Source of the DNA: Takakia lepidozioides
Taxonomy: Eukaryota; Plantae; Bryophyta
NCBI GenBank assembly: GCA_030704615.1
Contig: CM060733.1
Span: forward strand, 26,102,001 to 26,166,000
DNA: 64,000 nucleotides
Direction of reading: 5' to 3'
Translations under genes and position numbers: made by a program
In this document: piece after piece, positions 60,876 through 64,000 of the stretch
Layout: every line of letters starts with the position of its first letter
How positions within the stretch are numbered: position 1 is the stretch's first letter
Notes under the pieces: generated by a model
Database searches by the model: none
Seen by the model: only the letters and a program-made list of their open reading frames with translations
Told to the model about the DNA's origin: nothing

Positions 60876-63800
60876 CTAAGGATCTGCAACAGCAGAAGTG
60901 GCAGAGGCAACTAAATGTAGAAGAGTCTGGTGCCAGTTGTCTTGCACTCGTTCATCCAAAGCTGCAATGCTGTGAAGCTGCTTTATGAGCTCTGCGGTGA
61001 TCCGATCCATAAAGACCACATACACTGAGCTCCAATCCTTGAGGCCATGTAGTGCTGCTGTCTGAAAGTGGCAGGTCACCCACTCCTCCAGCAGCCCTGC
61101 GGCAATTCCAATTTGAGTAGGGAGAAAAAGTTTGCAATGGGGAAAAAGATTTTGCAGCAGCAGGATGAGTAGGAAACACTCATACCTTGATCAAGGCTGC
61201 CATCTTTTGCCCATGCATATACATGTGCTACAAGAAGTCTCTCCACCAGCTGAAACCTGCAATCAACAAGCTACTGTCTAATTTCGGTTCCAGGGTATTG
61301 TACTGAATGACACCTGCCAGAAGTAAACTTAAAACGTAAAGAGAGTGATAATAAAGAACTGAGTAGTTTAGGTTTAAAACGTCCATCGACTGCTGTTTTC
61401 TCTCAGAAAAGTGACACTGTTGTTCTGAGTTGTAATGAGTGGAGACAAACACACATGAAGAAACTGTTCTCATATGCCTGAGAGACTCCAGAATCAAAAG
61501 GATCCATGTAAAGCAGCCTCTCCAATATGAGTGCAATCTGCCGTGATGACGCCAACAGCAGACGCTGCCCAATGTATGGTATGACCGCAACTTCCAGTAG
61601 AAATTGCTGATTCCACACCCGGAGATCAATTCCACCTCCTTTGATATCTGTAACATACAAGGTAAATATCATGAGAAACTCCCGTATCAAAGGTCGGAAT
61701 TCACCAGGACACCGATCAATGTGAAGAAATAACTTGCTAGCTCAACACGCACAATCACAAATCAACCAACCAGGTCCCAAATGCATGCTGGATGTATTAA
61801 GTCGATCTACCCCGTAGTTCATATAGGAAACACAGATTATTTGTGTTGAAGATTATTTTTGTTTGGGACCCACTTTACATGATGGAGCAGTAATTTTGTG
61901 AAGAAAGGGCAAAAGAGAAACTAGGGAGGCAGGAGAAAGGGGGACCAGAGGGGCGGGTTTGAGGGATTACCCTTTTCAGATGAGAAGCGCAGTATATGCC
62001 CTACCAGCTCTAAGATCAGTTTCGAAATGATTTTGTCAGCAACAAGTTGGTCCTCTTTGTTCTTTTCCAACACCTGTCGTATTGTGTCTAGAATGCCACA
62101 AAGAATCCTTACCTCAGCTGTATATGTGGTAATCACAAGTCAAACCATGAGTGCAAAAGTATGTCTAACCCTAAACCATATACCCACTGGATGACTCCTA
62201 TGAGCTCTCATGAGGTTCTGTTTCCCTGCAGTCAATACAATTCAGGAGCAGGACCCTGAGGCAGCTAATTTGAGTGTGAGAGTGCTAAACAAACTGAAGG
62301 AGGCTGCCCTTGGTTGCAGCAGATATGAAGAGCCAGAGGACAGAATACAAAATGCACCTCTGGTGACTAAAGAGGTTCCTAGATGGTGTTATGGATTCAA
62401 TTTAGCCCAAAAAGAAAGTTTTACGTGATTTTGGTCAGGTTATGATGCAAAACTGCCTAGATGAAGCTAAAACCAAGCAGTGTATAATTCAGATAGCTCT
62501 GGCAGTAAAGAAGAGGAAGAGGCCAAAAGATGTTCAACCCTTCTGAAATGGAGAAACAAGATCGACATGAGACACACCAGACTTCTGCTTAAGGACAAGC
62601 AGGAAGGCCAGGGCAAAGCTGCACAGCAGATGTGCTGCTTGTACCTTTGATAAACTCCACTGCTTGATGCATGTAAGTCTCAAAAAACTTTCCCTTTGCA
62701 TTCTGTGGAACATGCAACCCACTGTTATATTGTGCTTGTTTGCACACAATGTGGCAAAGAGTTTTTGCTATTCTCTGCAACTTGCTAGCTTCGCCCAAGA
62801 CCAAAATGACAATCGACAAATCAATTGCATCCAGGCCTTCAACACAGGCCTATATAATTTCTAATAGTTTCATTTATTATATAGTTGGAGTTCATCTTGT
62901 TCAACTCACTGGTCCTATTTTGGAGCTCATATCTATCACAAAATCGACCACCATGGAAAGTTGTCCAGTCCCATCTACAGGGCATCACAAGAACCACAGA
63001 ATTATCTCTGACGTATGACAATTATTCTGAAGATTTTGCACTGACAAAGGAGGACCATTCACTAGTAGAGCTCCTTTCATGTTTGATATGCAGAGCAAGA
63101 TAATGCCATTACTCTGAAGGGTGCATCTCAGCTGGAATGCAGACAACATTGAAGCGAAGCCAAAGCAGAAGAACAAGATCTAACACGAGGGTTCTCACCG
63201 TGTAAGACCATGGTTAATGGAGGTGTATCTTTATAATAGCAAGTGACTGTCCTAATTCAGTGGACATCAGCATATGTGCAGATGATGCCAATCGTAAGGT
63301 ACGGCACCATGTGCCAGACTTAGCTGCAATAAAGCTGGATAGGCCACAAACGGTGCAGATGCATAGAGTCGCAGACTCACACATTGGTCCTTGGACATGG
63401 AAACATTACGCATGAATCTCAACTAATGGCAGCAGAAATTTACGACATGCAGTAACCTTCTTATATATCAAACCCTTCATGTTTGTAAACAGCATCTTCA
63501 CTATCTAAAGCTTAGCAGGACACAAAGCACTGGATATGAAGACCAACTGAAGCTGCGAAGAATAGAAGTAACAAGACCAACAACCTGAGAGGCCTTTCTG
63601 ATGCTGCTTCACTCGGCTTAAAATCCTCACTGCTCCACATACCAACAGTGGAGTAAAATATTCCGTTCTAACAGCACTCTACTCAGGACAATACAATCAA
63701 GAAGGCCAACAGCCATGCCCTGAGCTATAAAGGCTACAATTAACTGCTGTCCTGCAGTCCCTTTAGGTTTTGATTTATTCCTAACTACGCATCAACATTT

Positions 63801-64000
63801 GTTTTACACGGTTCACGATACAGTAACTGTGCAGCTTTCTGGTAATGCCGTGAAGGTAGGATGGTATTGAAAAGTTGCTTGCCTGACTGCTGCAAATGCG
63901 TAAACATTGCACAAATCAGATATACACCTAATAAGCAAGAGCAAATTGCGAGGACCAAAAATATACCGTTTCTGAGGAAGCGTTGAACTGAAGTCCGCCT
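60876..64000 (-). CDS. 3' exons of a host gene resembling ASAP1/NSE5 (SMC5/6 complex subunit); 5' part likely extends beyond the window
   Basis: The spliced C-terminus reads ..RQIALILERLLYMDPFD..FQLVERLLVAHVYAW..LLEEWVTC..SVYVVFMDRITAELIKQL. This matches my recollection of Arabidopsis ASAP1 but is unverified. Upstream exon boundaries are not resolved. Confidence 0.5.

Overview
Eukaryotic nuclear DNA from a land plant, most plausibly a bryophyte-grade or other non-seed plant (inferred from spliceosomal introns and plant-type DWF5, PEX13, DUF212 and ASAP1-like genes). Positions ~1-43.4 kb are nested transposable elements; ~44.4-64 kb holds four intron-rich host genes, all on the minus strand. 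The main result is two inverted copies (3239-14559 and 32156-42880) of an ~11-kb Mutator-like (MULE) DNA transposon. Each copy has its own perfect 9-bp target-site duplication and very degenerate TIRs. Each carries a GCM/WRKY-like + DDE + SWIM transposase and, divergently oriented, a ~9-exon cargo gene. The cargo fuses a ParB/sulfiredoxin-like domain (DGNHR) to a prokaryote-type beta-class N4-cytosine/N6-adenine DNA methyltransferase domain, and its introns contain arrays of ~24-bp palindromes. Copy 1 is nearly intact, with one 1-bp frameshift per gene, both resolved by copy 2. The window also has a decayed endonuclease-bearing Helitron (OTU + 3 Myb-like + Rep + PIF1 + AP-endonuclease, plus an RPA-like gene), chromovirus Gypsy and LINE remnants, and several hairpin-repeat arrays. 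All domain calls come from reading motifs by eye; no database search was run.
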